This document shows positions 1-14,875 of a stretch of 64,000 bases of DNA, in pieces; positions within the stretch are counted from its first letter, which is position 1; the number at the start of each line of letters is the position of its first letter. The notes beneath the pieces were generated by a model. It had not been told where the DNA came from. It searched no databases and saw only the letters and a program-made list of their open reading frames with translations. The DNA is taken from contig OX597840.1 in NCBI GenBank assembly GCA_951406725.2, positions 39,370,001-39,434,000 of the forward strand. Direction: 5' to 3'. The DNA comes from Octopus vulgaris (Eukaryota). The position numbers and the translations under genes were made by a program.

Positions 1-74
1 TTACATATATCATTATTTCACGAAGACAATATGATACTATCTTGCCTGCGTGCCTGCAAGTAATGGGGTATGCT

Positions 75-169
<95 letters not shown>

Positions 170-340
170 AATATATGTATATATATATATATATATCCAT
201 AAGTACATGTGTTTTTATATACATCAGTTATATATAGATGTATAGTTACGCACATATAACACGTATGCTGTCTTGTTAACGTATTTATAGCTATGTATGT
301 ATATGCATATGTGCGTATATATGTAGAGGATTTATACTTA

Positions 341-435
<95 letters not shown>

Positions 436-476
436 ATATATATTTATATATATGTATGTATATATGTATATATATG

Positions 477-512
<36 letters not shown>

Positions 513-614
513 CATACATGCATACATATATGTGTATATATATGTACATACATATATATATATGTGTGTGTGTGCGTTTATGTATTTATATATATAAATA
601 TATTTGTACGTAAG

Positions 615-649
<35 letters not shown>

Positions 650-1057
650 TGTATCTGTTTCTATTTTTATTACTGTTCTAGTTTTTTTTTATATGTGCTA
701 CTTTTTAGAATTTATTGTTTTATATTTACATAAATTTTTGAAAACTTGTTGTTTTCGTAGCGTTCTTACCTTATTCAACATTTACGTTGTGCTATCAATC
801 TACAAAAAATACGGAGGGAAAAAACACGTTCTGTAATCTGTTAAGCACTGTCATCGTACTACGAATTATTATCTGGTAAATTTCAATATAAAGCAAAAAA
901 AACACCTGAGTTGATGTTTTAAACTATACGACTGTGTCAAATTTTAAGAAATATTAAAAATGTATCTCATTTCCCGGCCTATATTTGCGGTTTTGAGGAC
1001 GAAAATCTACAGCGAATTACATTTTGTTCAGTTTGTGCAACTAAACGATATTTGATT

Positions 1058-1680
1058 CTTTATTGCTCACAGAGGGCTACACTTAGAGGGTACAAACAAG
1101 GAGAGGCGAAGAATTTAAGCTGATTACCTCAATGCATAACTGGTACTTATTTTATTGACTCCAGAATGATGAAAGGTAAAGTTGGACTCGTTTGAATTCA
1201 GAAAGCAGTGCCAGACGAAATAATGCTAAGTATTTCACCCGGGGTGCTAACGATTCTGCCAGCACGCACGTTTGTCAGAATATTAATAATTATTTCCACT
1301 CTTGGCACAAATCATTGAAAATTTTGGGGGAAGGAGACTAGTCGATTATATCGATCCCCAGTGCGTAACTGGTACTTATTTTATCGACACAAAAGGATGA
1401 AAAGCAAAGTCGACCTCAGTGGAGTTTGAACGTAACGGCAGACGAAATACCTATTTCTTTACTACACAAGGAGCTAAACATAGAGAGGATAAAAATTGAC
1501 ACACAAACAGATTAAGTCGATTATATCGAGCCCAGTGCGTAACTAGTACTTATTTAATCGACCCCGAAAGGATGAAAGGCGAAGTCAACCACGACGGAGT
1601 TTGAACTCATAAGGTAATAGCAGACGAATTACCGCTAAGCGTTTCACCCGGTGTGCTAACGATTCCGCCAGCTCACCACC
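1058..1680 (-). mobile_element. Cluster of three adjacent SINE-B copies (about 1058-1265, 1290-1450, 1452-1680), tRNA-derived SINE
   Basis: Each is the reverse complement of the family body (GAGTTCAAATTCC..GAGGTCGACTTTGCCTTTCATCCTTTCGGGGTCGATAA..AAGTACCAG). The two outer copies keep the TGGCAGAA..GTTAGCAC head and have tail type 1; the middle copy is headless with tail type 2. Confidence 0.85.
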
Positions 1681-1709
1681 CTACACCTAGACGATATTTA
1701 AACTGCAAA

Positions 1710-1895
1710 AGGCGACGAAATGGAAGAATGGTTAGCATGCAGTGCAAAATGCTTCGCAGCATTTTGTCCGTGATCTGGGTACGAATTCCTCCGAGATCGA
1801 CTTTACCACATTCTTTAAAGATTGGTAAAATATGCGCCAGTTAACCGCAAGTAGTAGTGAAAATTCGTGGCTTGTCTACGTACTAAACATGTATT
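1710..1895 (+). mobile_element. Degenerate SINE-B copy
   Basis: GGCGACGAAATGGAAGAATGGTTAGCATGC head and CCGAGATCGACTTTACC body match the family with many substitutions. Confidence 0.65.
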
Positions 1896-2139
1896 TTCAC
1901 AAGGATTCATCTGAGTTGGGCATGTCAGGGTTGTGTTTGATCGTTTAGCAGGATTTTATATTGATACTAAACGCACGTACACACATATATATGGGTATAT
2001 ATATATATGTATGAATATATACATATTTACACGTGTATATATATACACGCACACACAGTGAGAAATGTGTACATATATATATATGTATTGTATGTATACA
2101 CACTCCCTGAGAAAATTCTGCAAATTTATACGTATCTAT

Positions 2140-2535
2140 TTTTTATATATTTCAACCATGATGCTGTGGCCATGCTGGGGCCCGACCAGTGTAATCACCT
2201 TTTAATTGGCCAATTCTATGGGGTTGGTTTTGGTGAATGAGAGAGTTCGATACCACTGCCCTCTTTTGAATTCTATGCCTTGATATTGGTTCATCCGGGA
2301 TCTTGAATAGCAAGAGGTCAATCTGTTTTTTTGAAACTATTACCTCCCACTCCATGAACATCCCTCAAATATTTTGGGAAGGCGTTAAATAGTTGTGGGC
2401 ACTTCAATTCGAAGCTATTGCAGTACAAGTTCTACACCTTAAATGAGACAGCTGGGACATTTGGAACAGGGCAGTGACGTCTAATTCGATGTTTGGTATA
2501 ACTCTCAATTCCCAAGTTTGGTGCCATTCCCACCC
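2140..2535 (-). mobile_element. CR1-group LINE 3' end fragment (decayed ORF2 C-terminus plus 3' tail)
   Basis: Minus-strand translation KKQIDLLLFKIPDEP...KRAVVSNSLIHQ resembles invertebrate CR1-group ORF2 termini; followed by GCCCCAGCATGGCCACAGC..TTGAAA tail. Its 2432-2535 part aligns with 44145-44245. Confidence 0.75.
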
Positions 2536-2589
2536 CATATATATATATATATATACATACATAAAGAGAAAGCGATAGAAAGAAGGAGA

Positions 2590-2949
2590 GAGAGGGTGAA
2601 TTCACAAAAAAAAAAAACAAGATAGGTGGTGTAGGCAAAAACAGATGTATTAGTATATAACGCTAGGGAAGTAAGAAAGTCTTTAACGTTTCGAGCATGC
2701 GTCCTTCCACAGAAAGGAACACAGTAAGAAACAGGGAGAGAAATTAAAGGAATGTGTAGTGGCTAGCGATCTATCTTGGCGACTGCCAGCTAGAAGGGTC
2801 ACACAGGAGCGCTTGGAAGAAGGAGAGATAATACAGTAGAGGTGATCCTAAAACAAAGATACGCGTGCGTGTGTATAAGAGATTTTGTATGTGCGTGTGG
2901 AAGAGGGGTGCGTGTGTGTATGTGTAGGTGTGAAAATATGGGTCTAGGA

Positions 2950-2952
<3 letters not shown>
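2590..2952 (-). mobile_element. Hammerhead-bearing PLE-derived unit, family 5 (longest copy); motif at 2681-2716
   Basis: Minus strand CTTT-CTGTGGA-AGGACGCATGCTC-GAA-ACGT-T-AAAG; homologous to 21157-21310 and 35824-36041; (TA)n nearby on both sides. Confidence 0.7.
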
Positions 2953-2998
<46 letters not shown>

Positions 2999-3221
2999 AA
3001 CAAAAAAATGTGTGTGTCTGTATAATTTGGAGAAATAATTTGGCATTATTTATTTACCATTATACATGTTTCATTGGCAAATAACAATTTCAAAATTGTA
3101 CATGCAGCATAAACATATATGATTTATGCAAATTTTTTTTGGCATTTTTCCAGTTTTCTTATATAATGTCTATATGTGAACGCCTATATGTATATATATA
3201 TATATATATATGTATATATGT

Positions 3222-3302
<81 letters not shown>

Positions 3303-3374
3303 CATATGTATAAAATTCACATATGTATAATTCACATTGTATACATATAATTCACATTTTCTTAGGAGAGAATT

Positions 3375-3490
3375 AAAATTCCGATCAAAAGGGATCGTGA
3401 GAAAAGACAACTTTTAAAGTGTAAAAAGCAAGATTAGGTTTATCCGTGGAAAGAAAAGCCTACGGTAAAGACTACGGTAACCTCAGGCAG
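3375..3490 (-). mobile_element. Tx1/L1-like LINE 3' UTR fragment
   Basis: CGATCAAAAGGGATCG and CCGTGGA..AAAAGCCTACGG.AAAGAC.ACGGTAACCTC blocks are shared with 10800-10990; followed closely by (GATA)n. Confidence 0.7.
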
Positions 3491-3514
3491 GGAGAGAATA
3501 AGCACATGAGAGCG

Positions 3515-3568
3515 GATAAATAGATAGATAAGATAGATAGATAGATAGATAAATAAGTATATATATAT

Positions 3569-3612
<44 letters not shown>

Positions 3613-3659
3613 ATAATTAGATAGATAAATAAGTATATATATATAGATAGATGGATAGC

Positions 3660-3742
<83 letters not shown>

Positions 3743-3745
3743 ACA
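3515..3745. repeat. (GATA)n microsatellite (similar arrays at about 4610-4740, 11309-11750, 20340-20490, 22633-22905, 32770-32935, 44865-45080, 52178-52585)
   Basis: Directly visible tetranucleotide tandem repeats. Confidence 0.97.
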
Positions 3746-4607
3746 TAAATTTCAGTTGCTAATAGACATTAGTCTGCAGTCATATTGGAACAGCAGCTCA
3801 AAGATTTCCGATCGATCATACAGACCCAATCACATATTTTTTTTGTAAAGTCTTTTATTTTAGCGATAACTCTTTACCTTCTCTTTCACTCTCTTTCTCT
3901 CTCTGTCTCTCTCTCTCTCTGTCTCCGTCTCTCTCTCTCTTGCCTTCTCTATGTCTGAGCAAGAGTTTGTGTGTGTGGAAGTGTGATCGAATGCGTGTAT
4001 CGCTATACTCTCTGTAGAATGATTGAGAAACTAATTGAACAATAAATACTAATTATGAGAAATCATTGATTTGTAACTTCAATCAATCGTTATAGCTCTT
4101 TTGTGATATTTCATGAAAACTGTCACGATCACAACCGCCACCACCTCAACACCACCACCACCACCACCACCACAACCACCTCAACCACCGCAACCCACAC
4201 CCTCGGACACTGTTACGAAAAAGTGCTAGAACAAAGATGACCAACGCCACGATCAAGGACAAAAGCCGTTCACACATTTACCGCCTGGATAACACGCACA
4301 AGTTACCTAATTAGCTTTTGAATAATTTTCGTTTCTTCAAACTATGTGTAGAGAATGGGTAACAACTCTTTTGTTTTAGAGGAGTCACTCAAGAACTCTG
4401 CATATCGGACGCTACTCCGTTTCAGGGGTCATCTTGTGAGAACGGGCATATTTTCGAGGCCTTCCCCTCGGCGGTTTTGCAACCCGCTATCCCCAATATC
4501 ACTGGTGTGAAATTTCTCACGTCCCTGCTGGATCCACTGGGCAGTTTTCGATTTCATGTCCATTTCGAGATCATCAGAACAATGTATATCTCTCTCTCTC
4601 TCTTTTT

Positions 4608-4674
<67 letters not shown>

Positions 4675-4678
4675 CTAT

Positions 4679-4736
<58 letters not shown>

Positions 4737-5924
4737 CTATTTATCTATTGCTATACATAAATATGTGTGTATATGTGTGTGCGTGTGTACGTACGTACGT
4801 ATGTATGTATGCATGTATGTAGCAGAATATATAGGCAGATAGATTGCATATGCAAATTGTGGTGGGAGAAAGAGAAAGAGGAAAATAAAGATAGAATGGA
4901 AGTGAGAGAGTGACTTCTTAGGTGAAAAACACTTCACTCTCCACCATTATTTCTGCTTCAAAGTGGAATATAAAAATGTAGTCTTGGACGACGAGGAATA
5001 TTTCTGTACTCAGCAATTTCTATTTCGTACTTCACGCAATTTCTTTCCCCGTGGCTTCCGAACAATTGAAAGCTCTCTGGGGTGGCTGAACAATTATTTT
5101 GATCGACAATTGTATCTGTACTGCTCCGAAAAGTAAGAACACCCCGACGTAAGTCATCAATATACAAGTCATCAATCCACAATTCATCAATCTACAGATG
5201 CTGCAGATGTGAATGCAGTGCAGTTTTGTTGCATCATTTCCATTTCAAACAAAACCTTTCCGATAGCAATTCCGTAACTGTGGACTTTGTCTCAAACAGA
5301 AGGGCCAGCCTGTAGCACTGAAGGGCTAGAATTTCAAGAAATTATATATGCTTGTCTCAGGCTGGAAATTTTTCATGAACAGACAATAAAATTCGTTTGC
5401 CTCGACGCTTAGAGCATCACCGAGTATGCCATAGAACTTACTCTTCACAACAAAACCCAATTTATGACAATACAGCCTGAACAAACATGTGGAAGTTGTT
5501 CTCGTTTCCAGAACCTTCATTGTAACGTGTTTACTAAACGCTTCTTCTAACATGTAATCAAGCGCGCCCTCAAGTTTTTGCTTCTCAATCACAAGGATTT
5601 CACAAGCTCTAAACGCCTAAACGCCTTCTCCTTTCGCCCAAACTTCGGTGGTTGTCGATGGTCCCCGACAGCTGCCGTGTACCTAGCTGTCTGATACGAC
5701 AACGTTAGACCTTGTGCGCCACGTAAGTTCCGATTAATGTCCTGAAGCCGTCTCCCCTTTTGTGGTTCCTTTTGAAATCGTGAAGTTACAATCTTGTGGT
5801 CTCTCTTCAGCTGTGAAAATTGTGGATACACTTGCTAAACTTTATAAACTAATATGCCGAACAATCTAGGTTAAGCGGCGATAACAAAAACGACGGCGGC
5901 TTCAAAGTGGATAATTATAACATC

Positions 5925-6689
5925 GATGATGATGATAAGATGGATGATTAACGTCTATCGCGAAGATGGCGATGATGTTGGAGACGACGACGACGATGAT
6001 AATGATGATGATGATAATGATGATGATGATGATCATGATGATCATGATGATCATGATAATGATGATGATGATGATGATGTTGATAGTTATATAATGATGA
6101 TGACGATGATGAACACGACGCCGATGACAATGATGATGATCACGATGATCACGATGATGATGATGGTGGTGGTAGTGGTGGTGGTGGTGATGGTAGTGGT
6201 GATTGTGATGACGATGATAAAGACAACGACGACGACGATGATGATGATGATTATTGTTATTATTATTATTATTATTATCATTATTATTATTATTATTATT
6301 GTTATTATTATTATTAATATTATTATTATTATTATTATTTTAATAACGGTTGCAGTAGTAGTGGTGGGGTTAGTGGTGGTGGCGATGCTGACGACGGTAA
6401 TCATATGAATAGCACAGAAAATACCAATTCTTTTACAGTCGAAAGAAAAAACAAAAAAAAACAAAAAAAGATAAACCAATAAAAGTTTGGCTCATTGCGG
6501 AATGTCATTCTATTACCGTTTTCACTGTTATTATTAAATGCATACAGTTTTGCCTTGCTCCATTTATCATTATTATTATTATTATCATTATTATTATCAT
6601 TATTATTATTATTATTATTATCATTATTATTATCATTATTATTATCATTATTATTATTATTATTATTATCATTATTATTATCATTATTA

Positions 6690-6764
<75 letters not shown>

Positions 6765-6916
6765 GTTATTATTATTATTATTGATATCATTTCTATCATC
6801 ATCGTCGTCAACGTTATTAGACTTTTTAATGTTATTTTTATATCGCCAGCTTTTTAATCTTCTGCTCTCTCACCGCGGTATATTTGGCGTAAAAGTGTAG
6901 AAAAAAAATTTATAAC

Positions 6917-6975
<59 letters not shown>
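5925..6975. repeat. Compound trinucleotide arrays (GAT/GAC/GGT/ATT, then TAT/CAT, then AAT) with unique spacers
   Basis: Directly visible; account for the poly-D/M/I/L/N ORFs. Confidence 0.95.
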
Positions 6976-6977
<2 letters not shown>

Positions 6978-7711
6978 GTAAAAGCAACAACAACAACAGT
7001 AACTTCAACTACAAACTACACACAACACCAAGCAACGAATATAAGAAAGCCAGGAATATGAACGGCCGTATTAAGTTCTTTGAAATGGCTTATTTTCTTC
7101 CAAAACAATTCCCCCCTTCATTCCGCTTTTGTATTCGCAACGTGGGGTCATATCAGCAATGAGGTTTCTTTCCCTCTTTATTTCACTCATTCTCAACACT
7201 TCGCATTCTCTACCTTTGCCACCACCCCCTCCATAATCTTTCAATAACGCCATTTTGTTTTTGCCGTCTCTCTTTCTCGCTTTCTCTGTGTTTCTTTCTC
7301 GATTTTTTATTTCTTCTCTTTATCTCTCTCCTGTATCTCTGTTTATTTTCCACACAATTGTCCATTTCCACCACACTGATTTCATTGATAAAAGAAACTC
7401 TAGCTAGTTTTATTCTGCACCAGCAGCGCCGAGCATTCAATATTTCTCTCTGTTTGTCTGCGTATGCATGTGTGTATTTCTCCGTGAAGGGGAGCATCTG
7501 TGTGTCTCGATTTCCTATGCGTAAAACCGTACACATTTATACACCAACACTCTTGAATCATACACGCCCTCACACGCCTATGTTCATATACATATAAACA
7601 TATATGTGTGAGTTTGTGTACATATAAATACATATACATATAATGATATTTATATATATATATATACACACACAAACACTTATATATGTAAAAACTAGTA
7701 TGTATGCCCGC

Positions 7712-7806
<95 letters not shown>

Positions 7807-7911
7807 GTATATATATATATATGTGTATATATATATATACATATGTATATGTATATATATAGCCATATAGAAGCACACATACATACATATGTATGTATAA
7901 TTATATGTGTC

Positions 7912-7950
<39 letters not shown>

Positions 7951-8008
7951 AAATATGTATATATATATATATGAAATATATATATATATATATATGTGTG
8001 TGTGAGTG

Positions 8009-8039
<31 letters not shown>

Positions 8040-8215
8040 ATACATATATATATGCCTGTATGCATGCGTAGATGTATGCGCGGGCGTGGGTATGTTACGT
8101 TTCTATATTGCCTCTTTTTAAGAAAAAAAAATCTGAAGCCAGAGTATAAAGCAACAGGATATAAAAAGTAAGGAATATTTCCAATATCTTGAAACAGTTC
8201 CTTCTTATAATGATG

Positions 8216-8251
8216 AGGTCAAGAGGTCATCGCTGTCAGCAGCAAAGGTCA
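8216..8251 (+). promoter_or_regulatory. Candidate nuclear-receptor response element: perfect DR2 plus a third half-site
   Basis: AGGTCA-AG-AGGTCA at 8216-8229 and AGGTCA at 8246-8251 in non-repetitive sequence. Confidence 0.3.
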
Positions 8252-8354
8252 AAAGGCTGAAGATATCATCGATGCTACAACAATAGGCCAACAACAGCTC
8301 TCGCATCATTTCCATATTAGAGTTGTTACCGTCATCACCACCGCCGTCATTATT

Positions 8355-8405
8355 ATTCACTACTACCACTACTACAATCACTACTACTACTACTACTACT
8401 ACTAC

Positions 8406-8480
<75 letters not shown>

Positions 8481-8512
8481 TAATAATAATAATAATTGTA
8501 ATAATAATAATT

Positions 8513-8546
<34 letters not shown>

Positions 8547-8581
8547 TAATAATAATAACAATAATAATAATAATAATAATT

Positions 8582-8633
<52 letters not shown>

Positions 8634-8879
8634 TAATAATAATAATAATAATAATTGTAATAATAATAATAACAATAACAAAAGAATTAATAATAATGAT
8701 AATAATAATAATGATAATAATAATAATAATAATTATTATAATAATAATAACACCACTAATACTATTATTGATATTATTATCGTTATTATTAATGATATTA
8801 TTTCAGTTATACTCATTATCATCATCATGCTTCTCACCTTTATTATTATTATTATTATGATTATTATTATTATTATTAT

Positions 8880-8942
<63 letters not shown>

Positions 8943-8955
8943 CAGTAGCAGTATA
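8355..8955. repeat. Compound (ACT)n-(AAT)n-(ATT)n-(AGT)n microsatellite
   Basis: Directly visible. Confidence 0.95.
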
Positions 8956-9194
8956 AGTATTAGTATTGTCCACTTCTTTCAGTTTTGCTTCAATTTCTTG
9001 TCGAGTGATTTCCGACACTCAGGGCAAAGAAGCTGAATACGTTGGTAAGTCATTAAAAGAAAGAGGCCAGGTGTTCTCTTCTATAGTCATGTGATAGAAG
9101 AATGTTATTATATTAGGCGTTCCTACATTACTCTATGTTACTCTTACAACAAATAAGGTAATATCTCGAATGGATATATATATATATATATATT

Positions 9195-9494
<300 letters not shown>

Positions 9495-9510
9495 TATTTT
9501 TTTCTTATAC

Positions 9511-9716
9511 GGCGGCGAGCTGGCAGAAAAGTTAGCACGCCGGGCGAAATGCTTAGTGGTATTTCGTCTGCCGCTACGTTCTGAGTTCAAATTCTGCCTA
9601 TGTCAACTTTGCCTTTCATCCTTTCGGGGTCGATAACTTTAGTAATCGACTTATTCCCTTTCTCTGTCCTTGTTTGTCTCCTCTATATTTAGCCACTTGT
9701 GGACAATAAAGGAAAC
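9511..9716 (+). mobile_element. SINE-B copy, tail type 1
   Basis: GGCGGCGAGCTGGCAGAAAAGTTAGCACG head, GAGTTCAAAT B-box-like motif, tail TGTTTGTCTCCTCTATATTTAGCCACTTGTGGACAATAAAG. Confidence 0.88.
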
Positions 9717-9786
9717 AGAAAGTTCGATTTTATTTATACATATGCATATTTTTCTATTAAATTTATTTAAAATATTTTGTATACAT

Positions 9787-9922
9787 AGGCGTAGGAGTGG
9801 CTGTGCGGGTCCGGGTTCAGTCCCACTGTGTGGTACCTTGGGCAAGTGTTTTCTACTGTGGCCTCGGGCCGACCAAAGCCTTGTGAGTGGATTTGGAAGA
9901 GGGAAACTGAAAGAAGCCCGTC

Positions 9923-9925
<3 letters not shown>
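9787..9925 (+). mobile_element. SINE-A 5' half (head with internal deletion), ending in (TA)n
   Basis: GGCGTAGGAGTGGCTGTG..GGGTTCAGTCCCACTG..CCTTGGGCAAGTGT..AAAGAAGCCCGTCGT. Confidence 0.85.
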
Positions 9926-9966
<41 letters not shown>

Positions 9967-9976
9967 AGAGAGAGTG

Positions 9977-10009
<33 letters not shown>

Positions 10010-10520
10010 CATATATACATACATACATAGAATAAGAGAGGGGGAACGAGGAATCATATTTCGAGAGAAAGAGACGGAAGTGTTGAGAAGGTCCCTATTA
10101 TTCTGCATATTTGCGTTCAAATTTATTTAACAGAATGAAACAATGTCATGAAGATTTATAAATTTAGGCATTACAAGATATATCGATAGATAGTTAAATT
10201 TAAGGACATACCATAGTTACTATATATCTATGGCTGCTACACTTTTTTCCATTTCCTGCTCCAGACCAATGACTGTAGCTATGCTGGGTAAGTCATTTAT
10301 TCAATTTTATATAATTTTGTCATTTGGTTTAAGTACTTATCTACACAGAGAGATTTATTGATTAACATACAAGTACATATGTAGCTGAAATGAAGTGAAA
10401 CGAAAAGAAACGAAAATAATCTGAATTGGTAAATAACTTTGACTGAACATTGGCGACGGTTGGACAGCATACATCGTAATTTTGTGAGTGTGTGTGCGTG
10501 TGTGTATGTATGTTTGCTTT

Positions 10521-10550
<30 letters not shown>

Positions 10551-10553
<3 letters not shown>

Positions 10554-10690
10554 TGTTGTGTCTGCGGATAGTCATTTTGTTTTTGTGCCTTATAATTTAA
10601 CACACTCACCGGTAAAAGTTCCACTTATTTCTTATATTCATTTTCCTAAAATTTTCGTTGCGTTTTGCAACCTTTTCAATAGCCTTGACT
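10551..10690 (-). mobile_element. Hammerhead-bearing unit, family 7; motif at 10646-10682 with U3-A8 core
   Basis: Minus strand CTA-TTGAAAA-GGTTGC-AAAAC-GCAAC-GAA-AATT-T-TAG; homologous to 33963-34215 and 47240-47455; abuts (TA)n. Confidence 0.65.
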
Positions 10691-10699
10691 ATATAGATA

Positions 10700-11431
<732 letters not shown>

Positions 11432-11480
11432 ATAAATAAATAGATAGATAGATAGATAGATAGATGGATAGATAGGTAGG

Positions 11481-11535
<55 letters not shown>

Positions 11536-11540
11536 GTAGG

Positions 11541-11608
<68 letters not shown>

Positions 11609-11702
11609 AAGACAGAGAGAGAGAGAGTGAGAGATAGAGAGAGTGACAGAGAGAGAGAGAGTGACAGAGAGAGAGAGAGATGGATAGCTAATGGATATAT
11701 AT

Positions 11703-11749
<47 letters not shown>

Positions 11750-12699
11750 CATACATACATACATACATGCATACATACATAAAAGCATACATACATACAG
11801 AGGAAGAGAGAGGGAGAGAGAGAGAAGAGAGAGAGAGAGAGAAGAGAGAGAGAAGAGAGAGAGAGAGAGCGAAATGAATACGTTTTATCACTTTAATACT
11901 ACTTTTATATGCCTAAACTACAAAGAACATGATATTTGTCAAATATATTAGAAGGAAGAAAATAAGTAACTCCTTCTAAGTTTATTTAGATTATATTTCA
12001 AAGTACAGTTTTGATTAAATCACAGGCTTTCAGAAGAATTTATGGCAATTACTTGCTTGTGTTTGATATAATAACGAGTTTTCAAATATGCTGACATATG
12101 CTATCGAGTTTCCTCAGGTTATGCATGTTTTTATTATTATTGTGTCTGTGGAGTCGACTTGGCAGCTCCGGCGAATTTGCTGGCCATGTGCCTGAATTTG
12201 AAACCGAAATTTTATTATTGGAGTCCTGAGGAGCAGCTGCTATCGACAAATGCGTATATCGGCCGAATATACCCTGAGGATCGTTCTACCCACCCGTTCA
12301 AACAAGACAAGCCAGTCGGTGTCCTTCTATCTGGTAGCTATGGTGCAAGAGGTTATGCGATGAACATGGCCGAAAGGATTGAAGAAAGGAACCTCCTTCT
12401 TCAGTCAATGTCTCATCAAATTTTATATGTTCCATTTGGAAAGGAAAGTGAAAATAGACAGACGTGTGCTATGTCCCAGTGAATTTGTTAAAAGACACGG
12501 GTGATTATGGCAAAAATGGTTAGTGCAATTGACCATACTCTAAACGGGAGCCTGCAGATTAGGGATCTGAGAGAGTTCCCTTTTTTTAGTGATGATGATA
12601 ATCTTGGATCTGATGTGATTCGTTGATTAGCCCTTGTTCGGTAATAGAAGGGATGCATTATTCAGGTTTCTACCAAATAGTGTAGTGTATTTCTTCTTT

Positions 12700-12941
12700 T
12701 AGTTCTTCACTCATTAGACTGCGGAAATGTTGGGTCACCACATTGAGGATTTTTTTAGTCAAATCAATCGAGCCCACTACTATTGTTTCTTCAAGCCCGG
12801 TACTTATTCCCGGTTTGATTTGCCGAACCGCTAATTATGGGGACGCAAGAACACCAGCAGGTGTTGTCAACGTGTAGTAGGTAACAAATACAAACATAAA
12901 GTTATACACGCGCACACACAGACTACACACTCACACACACG

Positions 12942-12975
<34 letters not shown>

Positions 12976-13172
12976 TATACATAGATATAGATATAGATAT
13001 ATACATAAACGATGGGGTTCTTTTGATTTCCATGTACCAATTCCACAAATCGAATAAGTGGGCGTTGGTTGGTCGTAGACTGCAATAGAATATACTTACC
13101 CAAGGTACCACGGTGTGGGACTGAACCGTTAAACATGTGGATTGAGAGCAAATGTCTTACCACTCAGCCACA
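12700..13172 (-). mobile_element. Degenerate full-length SINE-A
   Basis: Head (GGGACTGAACC, CTTACCACTCAGCCAC on plus), internal TA tract and tail are all present. Confidence 0.75.
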
Positions 13173-13344
13173 CTTGTACCTCTTTATCCTTTTCCGGTCA
13201 TTTGCATTTCGCTCTCACCATCTTGCGCCTAAATATAGTTACATCCATTACAATTTACATCAACTTCATAATTATTGTAATAATAATCATCATACTCAAC
13301 ATCATCACATCAGCATGAAATTATTATAATCATTCATTTTTAGT

Positions 13345-13637
13345 TTTTCTTCTTCTTCTTCTTCTTCTTCTTCTTCTTCTTCTTCTTCTTCTTCTTCTTC
13401 TTCTTCTTCTTCTTCTTCTTCTTCTCCTTCTTATTTTCCTCCTTCTTCACCTCCTTCTTATTTTTCTTCTTCTTTTTCCTCTTCTTTTCCTTCTTCTTCT
13501 TCTTCTTCTTCTTCTTCTTCTTCTTCTTCTTCTTGTATACATTTTTTAATATATTTTGAGAACTATATGTAAACCATCACACTTTACGTCTGTCTGTATT
13601 GTCCTCCTCATCTTTCACCCCCGCCGCAAATAAATGA

Positions 13638-13712
<75 letters not shown>

Positions 13713-13725
13713 CATTATTATTATT

Positions 13726-13795
<70 letters not shown>

Positions 13796-13917
13796 GTTTT
13801 ATTATCATCATCATCATTATTATTATTATTATTATCTTCATCATCATTATTATTATTATTAGTATCATTATCTCATCACTAACAATATCACTATTATTAG
13901 CAGAACCAGTAGTAGTG

Positions 13918-13974
<57 letters not shown>

Positions 13975-13975
13975 T
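13345..13975. repeat. (TTC)n, (ATT)n and (AGT)n microsatellites
   Basis: Directly visible. Confidence 0.95.
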
Positions 13976-14364
13976 TTTGATAAGTTATCTTTATTATTGT
14001 TAGTGTTAAATTGGTTTTGAATTTTTATTGTATTATTTTGGTTTTTGTTGTTTTTTGGTGGGGTGGGGGGTCGACTCCCCCACCATTTGATTGCCTGACA
14101 TTGATTTTTATTCGGAAAACAGGAGATTGTGATTAAAATGATTTATAACAGGAACCATTATTGGTATTGGGAATTAGCAGGAATCGATTCTCACGGGGCT
14201 CTAAGTACAGATTCCGATCACGTTGAATATAATATATTTATATATGAAAGTAGTACCTGACCAGAATAAGTAGTGGAGTCGATATGAGAGCAATATGAAC
14301 GACTGAGATTTTTGGAAAGGAAACTTCAGTGTGGCTGCAGGTAGTATTTGAGAGGAAAGAGTTA

Positions 14365-14411
<47 letters not shown>

Positions 14412-14417
14412 CATACT

Positions 14418-14456
<39 letters not shown>

Positions 14457-14548
14457 ATAAAAATATATAACTTACCTGTTATTAGTCTTTGGGAAAATAA
14501 GGTATCTCTAATCAATATATATATATATATACATATGCATACAACCAT

Positions 14549-14686
<138 letters not shown>

Positions 14687-14694
14687 CGAGTGTA

Positions 14695-14845
14695 TACGAT
14701 GGGTTTCTTTCAGTTTCCATCTACCAAATCCACTCACAAGATATTGGTCGGCCCGAGACTATAGTAGAAGACACTTGCTTAAGGTATAACGTAGTCGAAC
14801 TGAACCCTGATCCACGCACTTCGCAAGCATGCTACTTACGACACA
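14695..14845 (-). mobile_element. SINE-A 5' half
   Basis: TTTCAGTTTCCATCTACCAAATCCACTCACAAG..AGAAGACACTTGC matches the family. Confidence 0.8.
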
Positions 14846-14875
14846 TTCAGAACAATTTAATTAAATATATATACA

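Noticed and set aside
18-647. YIYI, LSIY and HTHT-type ORFs here and throughout the window
   Set aside because: Produced by (TA)n, (TATC)n and (CA)n repeats.
4535-4582. Minus-strand CTGATGA...GAAA
   Set aside because: Stems could not be closed consistently.
12060-12690. Possible decayed retroelement RT (LPF-like motif on minus) and a 107-aa plus-strand ORF
   Set aside because: Too degenerate to assign by eye.
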